This document shows, piece by piece, positions 37,377 through 50,661 of a DNA stretch of 64,000 bases. The DNA is from Kudoa neothunni (taxonomy: Eukaryota > Animalia > Cnidaria): assembly GCA_964304625.1 (NCBI GenBank), contig OZ199838.1, positions 481,059 to 545,058 of the forward strand, in the 5' to 3' direction. The position numbers were made by a program, and so were the translations under genes. The notes under the pieces were generated by a model, which was not told the origin of the DNA, did no database searches, and worked only from the letters and a program-made list of their open reading frames with translations. Numbering within the stretch: position 1 is the stretch's first letter; each line of letters starts with the position of its first letter.

Positions 37377-38889
37377 TAGTGGGGCGCGGTCGTATTTTGT
37401 ATTTAAAAGTTACATTTTCTTTCTTATATTAATGATAACTCATAGATATTCATACAAAGTTGATTGTTAAACAAAAAACAACAAATATCGAATAAATACA
37501 CTATAATTATTCGAAAATATGTAGAATTTTGTAATAGTTAGTTATTTTATCATTCTTTTACGAACCTTATCTTATTTTACAGACGGAGAAGTTATATTTT
37601 GTTTTATTTTCTAACACAGGTAAGTCAGGAGCAAAAAAATTTTCTCTTAATTTATTTAAATACTCAATAACTTCATTAATGGAACTAATAATGCCAGTTT
37701 TTTCATAACTTTCAACAGTAAACGATTTATACATTGCGTTTACTTAATTATTTATTGAGTTAACATATTTACCTTCTGGACCTTTAAATGAAGTAATTTC
37801 TTCTATATTAACCCGACCTTCAGTTAGATTTTTGTAGGGATTTACTTCCAATCGAAAGGATAATGCCTCCTGATCCACAAATTATTAACAAGAATGATTT
37901 TTTAAAACAGTTTTGGATTGTTTCTTCACTCATTAATTTTCACACTTCTTTCAGTATGTACATATCATCAAGTAAATCTGGTGGATTATTATTTAAAATG
38001 TTATTAAAAATACTAATGGAATTAACAGAAACTTTATTTATCGAATAATTCGTCAGATAATTTTTGTAAATATATTAAAAACCACAAATAATTCCTCGAT
38101 TTGATTGTTGCAATACGCTGGTTGTTTCTCGTGTGGGAAAACAGATTTGAATATTTGAAAAATACACTGTACGAAACAATATCAAACTTGTGGAGGCCGA
38201 AATAAATCATGGCTGGTTAAACTGAAAACATATTGTCAATGGATAAGTTCAACCATTTAATAGTTAATAATAAAAATACTTTTGTTTTTAGGAGTTAGAG
38301 CGTTAGCTAAAAATGCATAATACACCACGCATCATATATAATATATATTCAGTTGCAATCAGTACAATTAAATTGTGTGAACTTCTATTTTTAAAAAAAA
38401 TCCCGCGTAAAAATATTCGAAATATAATAAAAAGAAAATCGATTTTTATTTACAGTACAAGAACTGTTACAATCATAAGATTCACGGGAGAGTGCTATCC
38501 AAAATTTTCTTATCATGTGCATACTTTTTAAAACGAATAAAAGATATATCATTTATAAAGATTTCATTATTATCTTCCAAAATTTTACGATGGTTCTTCT
38601 TAATTGTATTATCATAGATATTTAATTATCAGCTTTTATTACCCTTAAAAAAGCAACAAAATGTCATCCATTTTTTCCTTTTCCCATTTTGGTCAGTGCA
38701 CATAATCACAATTACAGGAGTTTTGAATTAAAAACTGAATATTGTAAAGCTATTGAATTTCGTCACTTCGTAAATAAATAAATAAATAAATAAATAAACG
38801 ACATCAATATAAAAGTAATTTGAATGTGAAATTTTAATAAAATTACATATAATATTAAATCATCTAAGAATAAAAAAATAGGTCGAATG

Positions 38890-40588
38890 CTATCGAATAA
38901 ACCGATATAATGAGATAGAAGATATTGCGAAAGAAACAAGACACGAAAAAAAATTAAAAAGTTGCCAAAACACTATCCGTTTGGAAGTTTTACCGGCGAA
39001 TAACTAAAATAGCAAAGGGGCAATAAGCGAGCTCCTAAATATTCAAATCAAATGGCCAAATCACAAACAACAACAACAAACTTGTATTTTAGTTGTTTAA
39101 GGAATGGCGTTTTAATGAGTTTGGGGCTATCGAGACAGTTATCCGGAAGTTCATAAAGGTCTAAATCTTCCCTGTCGATGTCAGGAGCAGGACGTTCATG
39201 ACTACACATACATAAGATGAATAGATGTGATGCATAAAAGCAATTACAAATCGTTCCTTTTCAAAAGCAAATCACACGTACGCGGAGAAGCGACTACCAA
39301 AAGCAAGGGCTCATCAGGAAGATTTTGAAGTGTTGGATCTACATATAGAGATTAAGACAGACCTTACATTGATGGCATACCGGAGAGTTTAGCTTTTCTG
39401 ATTTTTTCTCTCATTTCTACTTTCAAATGATCGACAGCCGCCATCAAATTGAAACATTTTGCCATATGGTTGAGGGCATAAAAGGGAGTATTTTCTATGG
39501 CGAAACTGCTGTGATCCAGTTGATATCGATATCTCCTACAAACCCATTTCAGAATGTATTAAAATTGACTGCTATTCAGCGTACACAAAATCAAGAACGT
39601 AAGCATTGAGTAATTGATTGAAACCGATCCATGCCAACTTAAGTTTAACATGTCTCGGCAATTCTGGTAGTTGCATGCCAATCTTAATGATGAAAATTCA
39701 ACATAACAGTATGCGAATCTCTTCAAATATCTCACTTCGTTGTATCCAAATCTTCCACCCGAATACACTTTACAACCAAGAATACCGCTTGACTAACAAA
39801 TCACACAATCAATATCACCATTTTCATTCATTGAATCTCAACTAAATAATACATGGCTTAAAATCCATCTGTAATTTTCGTAAGGATCCGAATTTCGATA
39901 GAAAGGATGGTTACGAAGTATCTTGTGATAGAGACGATCGTATTCTCCATCAAAAAACCCTCTCTACAATAAAACGAATACACGCATCAATTTCGAACTC
40001 ACACATTAAAAATGTATGAATGGAAACCTTTAGGATATTGTTTGGTGCTCTAAATACACTGGCATAGTAGCCGGCAAGATTGAAGGGGTCAGGTGAGGTA
40101 ATATATGGGCGAAATTCATCTTCAACCGCCATTAAAAATTATATCAGGTTGTATTTGTTGTAACAACTAAAAACCAACACATTAATAGCACAATTCAGAC
40201 ACCAAATTGTCTACATCTTGATAATAATTTTGACAATCTTTCACTTTACGAAGTGGAGACGCCACGGCCAAATAACTGAACGAATTGTGGCGTAGTTTTT
40301 GAGGAATTCTTCGATCAGGTTTGATATGAATATTTTTTTGTCGACTATTCACTCTGCTTATCCATAACGATACTTCGATTGTTCCAACTTTTGAATCGGC
40401 AATCTCAATAGCTTCATCTGCGTTCAAATATGTTAAACCAGTGTGCTACATAAATTTAATAATAATCCTATGAAATCCATATTTGATGGACATACAGAGA
40501 ACCTTTTATGCGTGTGGTTCACTGGAGCAAACGCTGATGTGTTTCTAACACAACTGGTGTCAAAAATACGAGATATGCGCCTCAACAT
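38890..40588 (-). CDS. Multi-exon gene of uncertain identity; weakly TraB-domain (TRABD)-like, with C-terminal hydrophobic anchor
   Basis: MLRRISRIFDTSCVRNTSAF.. start and GT-AG introns. Motif LLQQIQPDIIF(M)AVE resembles TraB IxxVQPDVVVVE. Last exon IVFWQLFNFFSCLVSFAISSISLYRFIR*. One apparent +1 indel near 40135; 3' exon structure uncertain. Confidence 0.5.
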
Positions 40589-40836
40589 TCAAAATTGGCG
40601 AATTTCTGCGAATAATTACGATTACATCCGAATCATGTGTTTTCCAAATTTAAATTTGGTTCAACTCTCCTCTATTAGACAACTAAACTATTAATTTCTT
40701 ATATTTATATATTCATATACTCATATACTCATGTAGATTAGTTGATATTAAATTTAAACTAAATAATTCCTCGCATACCAAAAGATAAAAGAATACTATT
40801 CCATGTTTAAAACAGATTATTTATGTCATGTGACTG
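40589..40836. promoter_or_regulatory. Short divergent intergenic region, putative bidirectional promoter
   Basis: 248 bp between head-to-head start codons (40588 minus, 40837 plus). Confidence 0.45.
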
Positions 40837-42281
40837 ATGTTAGGGAGAGTTACCAGAAGGTTAGCAGCTTTTGTGAAGAGTTTTGGTCGTTGTTACAATC
40901 ATCACTCGAATAAACAAACGCCTTTGACAGGCGATGTTTTTGATAGACAGTTAAAAATGAGACAGCGTGACGCGTTGGCTATTAACGCCGAATTACTAGC
41001 CAATTATAACTTTTTACACACTGAAGTAATAACTCGACTATATATATATATATATATATACACACATAATATCACATGATTGAAACTTAATTTTTGCAGT
41101 GTGCTGGAATAATTCTTGATAGAATTGGATGTGTGAAAAGGTGAAATTAACAAAAAATAGAATTTTTATATTTTTTAGGGATTTTGATTCGATATTAAAT
41201 ATTGGAGCGTTCGGAGGAACGTTTACCTCGCGAATATTTCAAATTTATCAACCATAGCGAATCACCCACCCAACAACAACCATCGATATACGTCGAATCG
41301 GATATATCGATAGAGATGCTTGTAACTCATGAATGTGTTTAATTTTTATTTGTTATTAATTGGCTAGCGAGCATCAAAGAAACTCAACTCTCATACAAAT
41401 ATCCATTTCGTACAATGTGACAACGATTTTTTGCCGTTTGAAAAAAAACTGTTTTGATTTGGTGGTGAGTTGTTTGGAGTAATCCGATTATGTTCAGAAT
41501 TAAAGAACGAACAATAACTAGAATATTTATTAAGTTTCCAGTGGGCTAATCGACTTGATGATCTGATGAAACAGATTGAGATTTGTCTTAAACCAGATGG
41601 AGTGCTTTTATTTGGTATGATTTCGAATCCGTCGTTCAGAGAAATTCAAGATTGTCTCGATCGCGCCTGTGTAAACGAAGGATTGGTAAGTATTGTGTGT
41701 GTGTGTGTGGAGATTAAAATTTAATATCCAACCTAAAGAGTTCTAACAACTATGTGTCCCCAATGATTGATGGCGCCATTCTATCTCACGTGATGGATAA
41801 ATCGGGGCTTATCTCCTGTACTATTGTAATAAGAATTAAGAGGATAATTAATTACGCCGAATAATGATATTGTTATTGTAAGTAGGATTTTGAGGAATTT
41901 CAACTCAAATGTAACTCACTCGAGGAGGCATTAGATAATATTGAAGGTATGCGAGCATTTAAATTGTGGTTTCGTGATTAAAAATTATTGTATTCGAATA
42001 GGAATGGGAGAAAGCTTGGCCAATGAAGGAGCCAAAGAAAATCCCATTCGTACTCTATCGTCAACAATCCTCCACCAAGCTAACAATATATTTTTAAGTG
42101 ATTATTGTTTTTTATTGTTATTTAACAATTATTAGACAAATATCAAAACAATGTAACAATCAATATTGCATTTGGAATTGGTTGGAAGGATGGTCCTCTG
42201 TCAAAAATTCAACCTCAACAACACCAGAAACAAAATGACACCACTGACACACTTAAAAATATCGAAAACTACATCAACTAG
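40837..42281 (+). CDS. NDUFAF5: NDUFAF5-like mitochondrial complex I assembly factor (methyltransferase fold)
   Basis: Spliced motifs VFDRQLKMRQRD, ILDRIGCVKRDF, LPF..FDLVVSCL..QWANRL, CLKPDGVLL, YVSPMI, GMGES, GIGWK. Two apparent +1 indels (~41219, ~41448). Confidence 0.85.
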
Positions 42282-42898
42282 AGATTTGTTTTCAGATATT
42301 GTTGTAACCTTTCTACAATAGCTTCTAAATCTTCCTCGGCGTCGCGATATTTCTCTCTTAAGCTAAATAATAGTGGAGTGTTGTTGTGAGAGTTAAAAAT
42401 TGAAAATAAGGGATTTTCACGTTACCTAGGAATTAATGCCATGGCTTCTTTACTCGACTGAGGACAAAGGTTAGCAATAAGAGCAATCTCGAATGGATGC
42501 AAACGCGATTCTACGTCGTGATCAAAAAGTCTAAATTGAAAATATTCGCTAAGTTATTCTCCGCTTCAATTGAGCAATTAGTCAGACATAGAGTAGCACT
42601 TACGATCTCACATATCCAACAAATTCGGCCGGAAACCGCTGAAAACTGCTCACATATTTGAAGGATTTCTCGAAGTACACGTGATGATCCACAATACCAA
42701 CATGCATAGGCTGGGATTTTCTATCGGTGAGAATTTTCAAAACCTCGTCATTAAAAATTGGAACAGCTTCCTCAAAACCTACATCAATTGAATAGATATT
42801 TGTGTTAATATTTGGGCCATCAATTGCGTCACACCTTTAGGGAAAAGCAGTTTGTTGCAATCCTCTTCGGTTTCGGCTGATGTTCCGTTAACGTTCAT
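42278..42898 (-). CDS. POLR2D: RNA polymerase II subunit RPB4
   Basis: EEDCNKLLFPKGFEEAVPIFNDEVLKIL..LHPFEIALIANLCPQSSKEAMALIPSL..LEAIVERLQ; three GT-AG introns. Confidence 0.9.
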
Positions 42899-43849
42899 TG
42901 GCTGACGAAACGCGCCTGCGCACAAAAAATTAACAACGTATTATAGTTCTCTGCTCTAATCAACTTGAATTATTTTACGTATTCTAAATTACAGGTGGTT
43001 GTTTAGTTGATAAATAAATTACATTGTGATCAATAGACGACTTGATATTTATTATGTAAAATTTTCCTTATGATAAAATTACTGCGATTGCGCATTAAAT
43101 AAATACGCATACATTCATTATTATTAGGTATTTTTTAACATTGCATAATAATCTGAAATTACAAACATACCTTTCGTTATCGGTTCTCATAAATATTCTA
43201 TATTAATTACAATATTTCGTTGTGTTTAATTTATTTTATAAAAAATATTTCTTATTATTGCAGACTGTGCAATTATAATGATTACTCCTATTACAACGGC
43301 CTATCATTATGAAACCAGATTTCCATAAAAACAGTCACTGAATCACCTATATGCTTCCAAATTCTTTGGTAGAATTATGTGAACGCATTGATAAAAAGCA
43401 GCTACACAAATCTCATTAAATATTCTTTTTATGTGTATTATTTATGTAAAAATTGATATTTTATATGGCAACAATATAGTCGAGATTGGATAATGCGAAA
43501 TTTCGACGTTATTCTTTTTAGGGAGAAATCTAGTTTTTTTGGTATTGTTATTATTTTATCATTTTGTAAACATAGTTAACATTAAAAAATAAATTTAATT
43601 ATTTATTTATACATTAAGTCTCGTTATTGCGTGGTTTTTGTGGCCGTTTTATGTAAAACTAAGAGTGTTTTCCTCATTATGTCTTCTAGAAAAGTAATAG
43701 TTAAGAGAAAGGAGAAATTATTGATTATTATGAGTCGATAAATGACATTTCTGAGTTTAAATTGAGTAATGTGGTGATCTATGTTGAATATTAATATATT
43801 GCCACGTTAAAAATCATTTAGAAATTGATTGAATTCTTTAAACGAAGGT

Positions 43850-45225
43850 AAATTCAAAAATACGGATATTAAAACTAAAAAGTGGACATATTTTTCGGAA
43901 AAATTAAAAATATAGATAATGAGCTGTATGATTGGCTCGTTAAACAATGGTCGAATGATAATGTTTTGCTGAGACATAATATTATCGAAAGTGCTTTATA
44001 TATTGCAAATAAAAAAGAAATTTCCAATTTAAAGTCTAGTTTAGGGTGGTTTTCAGAGTCCCGCCAAAATATGGGATAGCTTTCAAAATGTTTCATCTGT
44101 TGAATACATTATTTTGGTTAAGGCATAACTTCTTAAAGGCGTTATAAACTTAGATGAAACTAACCTACTTTTGTGAGCAGTTACAAAACATTAGTTATGT
44201 TTCAAAGGATGAAGTCGAAATATAAGGCGAAAAATATCCAAAAAATAGTGAATGTTTTACTGTCGCTCTTTTTTAAATAAGGGTGAACTTCCATCAGTTT
44301 CTACTGTTAAATTTCAGGATCCTAGACGTTTCAACTGAGTTGAACATCTGCCGCGTGAATATTATTCAAAAAAACACATGTATGATGTGTAATATATTTA
44401 TAAACATAATGAGAAAATTAAACAAAATGATGATAGATGAGAACAGAAAAGTCTTAAATTGTTGAATCAATATCCTTTTCAGCCCAAAAATATTTATTTT
44501 TTAACAATATCTGTATTTTTACCTCCAAAAAATACAAGTAATATTCTACAACCCTTAATTTAGAAATCATTAAATGCATTAAAGTATAGCAGGAATACAA
44601 TGACAAAGCACACGGTTTTATATAAAGCTTTTATCATTGAAAAATAAATATCACTAAACAGTAGGAGAGTATTCCGCTAGAAATTATATTTAGTCATTTT
44701 AAAAATCAAAAATATTTAATAATGATATATAGAGCAGTTTTATCAGTTTATACAACAGGAAGATTGAAGAAAAATGTCCCAAGTCAGAAAAAATTCTCAA
44801 AGTAATATTTTATGTGTACATACTTAATTTTTTCGATGAAATCAAAGTCTACGAAAATATTTTTGATGATAATAAGGCGGCAACATGTGAGTATCAAAAT
44901 TATGCGGATTTATTTCCCACAAATGGTTAATCTAGTGATATCGAACCAATTATTAAAAAAATCAAAATTTCAATAAAACAAATATATAATATAATTAACA
45001 TTTTAACTAAAGCTTTAATTCAAGAAGCTCTATCTGGATTGTTTGAGTTATATCCCACAACGGAAAAAATCTAAAAAATATCAATAGAAAAATTTTTTGA
45101 AAAAATTTAATAAGTTTACCTTAATTGAACTCAATTTTATCTGTGTTTTAACAAATCTTGTTTTTAGGAATAATCATCAAACGTTAGTACAAGAAAATCT
45201 TATTTTACAATGCAATGCGCACGCA
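43850..45225 (+). mobile_element. Decayed pogo/Tigger transposon, copy B (inverted relative to copy A)
   Basis: CENP-B-type HTH IDNELYDWLVKQ..LKSSLGWF followed by DDE remnants. Reverse-complement homology to ~34340-35765. Confidence 0.75.
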
Positions 45226-45613
45226 ATATCAAAATTTCGACTCTATTTCAATTACTATAAGAACATTTTTCATTTAGAACTTTTCTATAGATTTTACTTC
45301 AACAAATTTACACGTGTATATATAATAATTCAACAAATTTCATTAAACTTTTTATTTTTAATTATGCGTTATTTTATTTAATTAGAATTTCAATAATTTC
45401 TAAAAAATGAATGCGAAGAATTTCATAGTTAATTTTTTATTTTTATACCAAAAATTAATCATGTATTAGTGATTAAAAATCGTTTATAAATATTTTAAAC
45501 AAAACCACTACATAATTGATTTACATAATAAACATTTTAATAAAATTGGGAATACTAGATAAATAATTTAACTTCTTTGTTCGAAAATTTGTTTTTTGCA
45601 TAGAGATATTTTG

Positions 45614-45755
45614 AAATTAAAATAATATTTAAATTAAAATAACATTTAAATTAAAATAACATTTAAATTAAAATAATATTTAAATTAAAATAATATTTAA
45701 ATTAAAATAATATTTAAATTAAAATAACATTTAAATTAAAATAACATTTAAATTA
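45614..45755. repeat. 17-bp minisatellite (aaattaaaataa[t/c]attt) x ~8
   Basis: Read directly from the sequence. Confidence 0.95.
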
Positions 45756-45941
45756 TTCAAAGGTTAACTTTTATTTCTTAAAAGTGAATAATTTTAAATA
45801 CTTTTTAATCTGTCTAAAAGACGAAAAATGGGTAAGAAGGCATTAAAATATTTATATGTATGATTGGATTATCCATTAAAACAAGTTAGGATCGTTGGTT
45901 AGTTTATTGAACACATTAGGGGTCAGCTAGCAAGAAACACG

Positions 45942-45959
45942 AAAGGTTAAGAACCACTG
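45942..45959. mobile_element. Solo hAT-type terminal inverted repeat
   Basis: aaaggttaagaaccactg is the reverse complement of CAGTGGTTCTTAACCTTT. No partner end found. Confidence 0.45.
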
Positions 45960-46558
45960 TTCTAATTAATGCATAATTATTTTTTTATCCGTTTTTTTCA
46001 CATATTTTTGGTTGAATAATTGAGTAACAGTTTTTTATTATTACTACATGTTCAGTTAAATATTTCTGATCTTTCGATTCTTTTATAACGTTTTTACATC
46101 TGAATAAAACTATATGAAGTGAGAATAAAGTAGACGATTGGAAAACTTCAACTAAGGTTACGTGATTAAACGTTCTGTCACAAATTTACAAAAATCTATT
46201 GAATTTTTTCCTTTGATGGAGATGGAGATGGAGATGGAGTTTACTTTGAGATATTAGAAAAATTCTTTGTAGTAAACTTCAAAGAAATTTTTCGAAACAA
46301 ATGCGAATGACAAAATCTACTTAATAAAAGTTTTAAATTAATCAGTATCATATTCTCTCGAGAGTTTCAACTTTTGAAGGTAAGGATGGATCTACCACCG
46401 GAAATAACACAGAAAAAAATTGAATATTATATTTTTTCATATAAAAGCAGATACACTTTATAGTTACTCGCGGGAAACATGCACAAAAAAACCCAATTGA
46501 AAAAACTTTGCAAACAATCTAAATGCTATATATGTGCTCTGAGGGAAACACGTACAAT

Positions 46559-49042
46559 TCACAATCCAAAGTAACGATCAGCGAAATTACCTAAAATTAA
46601 ACTCATAAATAACTCTAATAAAAGTGCTATAAGATTACCTATATTATCATTAAAGTTGACTGATCCATTATTTACAGAACTGGCAGCTTCATCGTCGACA
46701 TTGGCGCAAACAATTTTAACACCAGGAAAGATGTTGGTTAGGGTGTAGGCGGCTGCCTTTGTTAAATAGAGGCAGGTTACAAATATGTTTTCTTGTTTGA
46801 CATCATGATCCTAAAGATGATAAATTATAGAAAGCGAGATTTTCAAATTAGATCAAATGAAGGCGACTAACCAACAAAATTTTAATAGCCATAAGAATAG
46901 CAGCCCCAGTGTATCCAGAAGCGTCCATCAAAAGAACAATACCATCAGAAATGTGTGCAGGTAGTTTCAAGTAATGCAACTACATAGAAACAGTAGTGTC
47001 AGAGAACACAAATTGTTTAGTTGGACAGCCAACTAAACAATAAAAACCACTATACTTCAGGTTCTTTGGTGGTTTCGTTAGTCTGGATGAGGATTTTGCC
47101 GAGTGAAACATTCATGTATGTTTTGGTGAGCACACTTTCAATAATTTCACCGGCTCGTAGAATCGATACACCGAACACCTATTGAGTGTGAAATTTGAAA
47201 TATTTACTTTAATGAGACAATCTGCAAAATCACATTAGAGAATTCAGGTGTGGAACCATTAAATTCAACGTCGTTACTATCTTTGCAGTTGATTTTCTAG
47301 ACAAAAAATTGCACTTAACGACGCTAAACAAACTCATTCTACACCTACTCCAAATGGGGCTAAACTGAACACAAAGTTAAGCAAAATTCGGCACAAACGC
47401 TGACACTCAAACACAAACATTTGAGTAGATGTTTCTTTGTTGAGAAGAATGGAGTGAATGTTTTTGATTTTAGGAGTCTGCTCTAAAACGTGCAAATTCG
47501 TGAGACCTTTCTCATTGATAGTTTTGGGGTCGATTGTGGAGAGTAATTGTTTTCTATATGGTTGAGAAGATATTATAGTTTTAAAGTTACAGTTAAATCG
47601 GGATGCAAAAATATCGCTATATCAATATATCAATGTACCTAGTGTTGAAGCCCCTCTAAATAACACAGATGTTATCAAAGAAATTAAACTATTAATTCAA
47701 CTACATTATTCAATTCTCTAATAACATGATTCACAATAAGACCAATCGCAACATTGTTGGTGTAATCTGTCATTAAAAAATTGTAACGAGGAACAAAGAT
47801 GATAAATTGGCAGTACTCCATGGTACGACCATATCAGCATATTTCACCAATCGTTCCACATATTTATCATAATTCTATAAGTGGAAATAAAGATTTGATG
47901 TGTCAACCAACCATGGCATTATATACCGGTTTAACAAACGACATGTATTGTTTGATGATCCCTGGAACCTCTCGACCTCTTTCTACCACATCCCTGCGTA
48001 ACCTATTTGACCCCTCTCATATTATCATATAATCATTATCATCATATAATCATCATATTATGCAGTTTTTTGTAAAAAAATATTTGTACAATCGTATACT
48101 ACCTTCGTGTGAGACGCACATCACCGTCAGTCTCAATAAAAATTTTCAAATCAAGCAACTAAAATTAGCACCAAATCAATCAAGCTAAAATATTGGTCGT
48201 ATTACATCTCTTAATTTTTGGTGTAAAAAAGTCATTATTCCCTCGATTATAATAACATTAGCCCCGTAGACAGTGATCTACAAAGAGATTGTTCAATTAT
48301 TAAGAGAATTTTAATTCGCTAATTGATTAAAATGTGTGTATGTGTGTGTGTGTGTGTGTGTATTACTGAATGTTTTTCGCGATCATGCTTCACAAAATTA
48401 TACACTGGCACCTAATTTAACAGAGATAGTAGGAATTGTGAGCAGCCGAATGTAGCTGAATGTGTAGCGTGGGCAAAAAGACAAAAATTACATCGACTTT
48501 CTTGCCTATTTTTAGTCGTTGTATGAGTGTGGCAGCATAATCCAAATCCAACGCATCTAACAACCATATGAATATATGTTATTTCCACAATTGACGAGTG
48601 TGTTAGAGATCAACCTGGACAATCAAAGTCGTATTCGGATTTGTGTGCTGCAGCTTTTTCATCCTCGTCCAATTTCTATTCAAATCAATCGATAAAACTT
48701 TTGGTAATCTTCAAAAATAGTAATTGCCTTGTAAAATGAATCCAGCCCAATCAGAACCACCCATGGAATTTTTAAGGTTTCAATAATTCTACTGGACACT
48801 GTGGTCTTGCCCGATCCACTACCACCACATATACCTATCACAAATGCGTCTTTCTGGTCGCCTTGATGGTTGTACCACGGAGGACGACCTACAAATTATG
48901 TTATAATCGAGTGCCAACCTCAACAACCACGAGAAAACAGAATTTTGTTGTTTTTCCTACCTTGAGAAAACAACAATCTACTGTTGTGTTTACGCGGACC
49001 ACACACCGAATACACCGCTTCTCTCCCATCAAATGAATCCAT
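46559..49042 (-). CDS. UCKL1: Uridine-cytidine kinase-like 1 (uridine kinase + UPRTase domains)
   Basis: [102 protein letters not shown]. One GC-AG intron (48676-48727), one +1 indel (~48770). Start codon tentative. Confidence 0.9.
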
Positions 49043-50661
49043 TTTACAAAGTGTTGGTACGCCAACTGCGATTTAAATGGGGATTCGATGATTTACAATC
49101 ACGTGCTTGTATTCAACCCTGTCGTGCACAACGTGTTTCCCCCGGCCAACTGATACTGATACTGATACTAATACTTATCCGGATCGTTTACAAATCACCA
49201 ATGAGACCTACGAACCTATTGTTGTCGGGGTGTAAAGTTTTTGTCGCCAGATGACTAATGTCGTATCCTTTTTCTAATGCACAATCGTATATCCAACCGA
49301 TAGATACGTGTGCAATTTAATGAGGTTGTATCTATCCGATATGAATGTTAAACAAAATATCTCGTTGAAAACTAATTCGATTCTGGTCTGAGCAAAACGA
49401 ACAAACAAACAAAAAAGTCGGGGGCACATCGTTACTGCTTGCCTGCGTTCGTTGTTCTTATTAAAGGTCATCAAGATCTACCTGGGGTTTATTTGATTAC
49501 TTGTTTGTGTATTGAATATGCGACAATATTAAAGCTAATTAATGCAATGTGTGTTAAAATGTATTTAATACACATATTTATTGCACAAAATTCACAGTAT
49601 TTTGCTGATTCATTGAGAACCTTGGTTGTTGACAGAAATAAACACATAACATTGATTCTACGAAGAGATAGTTTGGTGTTTCCTTCGAAACTATTTTTGA
49701 CAGATTTTAAAAGATTAAGTATAAATATAACACTTACTATTAGGAGGAATTAGTTGATGCTACAACAAACTTTAATTTCTATTTGATGTGGTTTTTAAAT
49801 TATACCTATCTAATCTAACAATTTGAATACTGAATGGGATCAATATACGGAGTACACTACGTGGAAATATCTACAGCGATTGGAGTCGATCACGATTGTC
49901 GCCTCTGATTTCTCTATAATGTTGAATGTGATTACACTCAATGACTGATTTTATGTATTTTTTTAAAAAGCGATACAACTTGAGTAGTTAGGGACAAGGG
50001 TCAGGAATAATTGGTTGTTGTTTGTAAAAACAATTATTGATCTTGCAATAAATAATTGCAATTATTAAAATTGTTCTAGAGGTATATTTTCATACCAATT
50101 GTGAACAATCGAATCTATCATCAGCCTTTAATATTAAAAATTGAAATAAAATTTGTTAATAACTATAGTTTCGTTATAATCATTATTTTCTTAATAAAAT
50201 TAAATATATTTTTCTATTGAATTAATAAAATAACGTAAAGCGCTATATTATATAAAAAACCTTATTAATACAAATTATTTTAACCTTATAAGTTAAGTTT
50301 TACGTAGCTGAAGGATTTACCTCTAAAAATAAAAGTCAGCATTTACTGACAAAATATGAGGAAAATTCATCGAGTAAATTTTGAATAAATGACCCATTAT
50401 TAAAGTTGTATTCTATGTGCGCATGCGGGTATATTTGTTTGTTACGTTTCTTTAGAGTATGATTGTATTTGTGCGTTTTTTAGTTTTCATTGTTAATTCA
50501 AGTTTCACAACAGCTGCCAATTAATTTATCCTATTTTAAACAACGCAATGTGATACTGCGAAGAAAAACATAAAATGACGGCAAACAGTGCTTATTTCAC
50601 TAACAAATTTTCATATGTTTTTTAATGCTCTCTATAATGCGAAACTAAGAATATTGATTAA

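Noticed and set aside
36400-38600. Possible decayed transposase (CYFH-like motif on the minus strand) and a further element starting ggggcgcggtcg
   Set aside because: No continuous frame or paired termini; family cannot be supported.
41440-41460. Euplotes-style programmed +1 frameshifting
   Set aside because: The shift sites are not AAA-stop motifs; homopolymer sequencing error is the simpler explanation.
45614-45755. CRISPR-like array
   Set aside because: Head-to-tail 17-bp units with no spacers; an ordinary minisatellite in a eukaryote.
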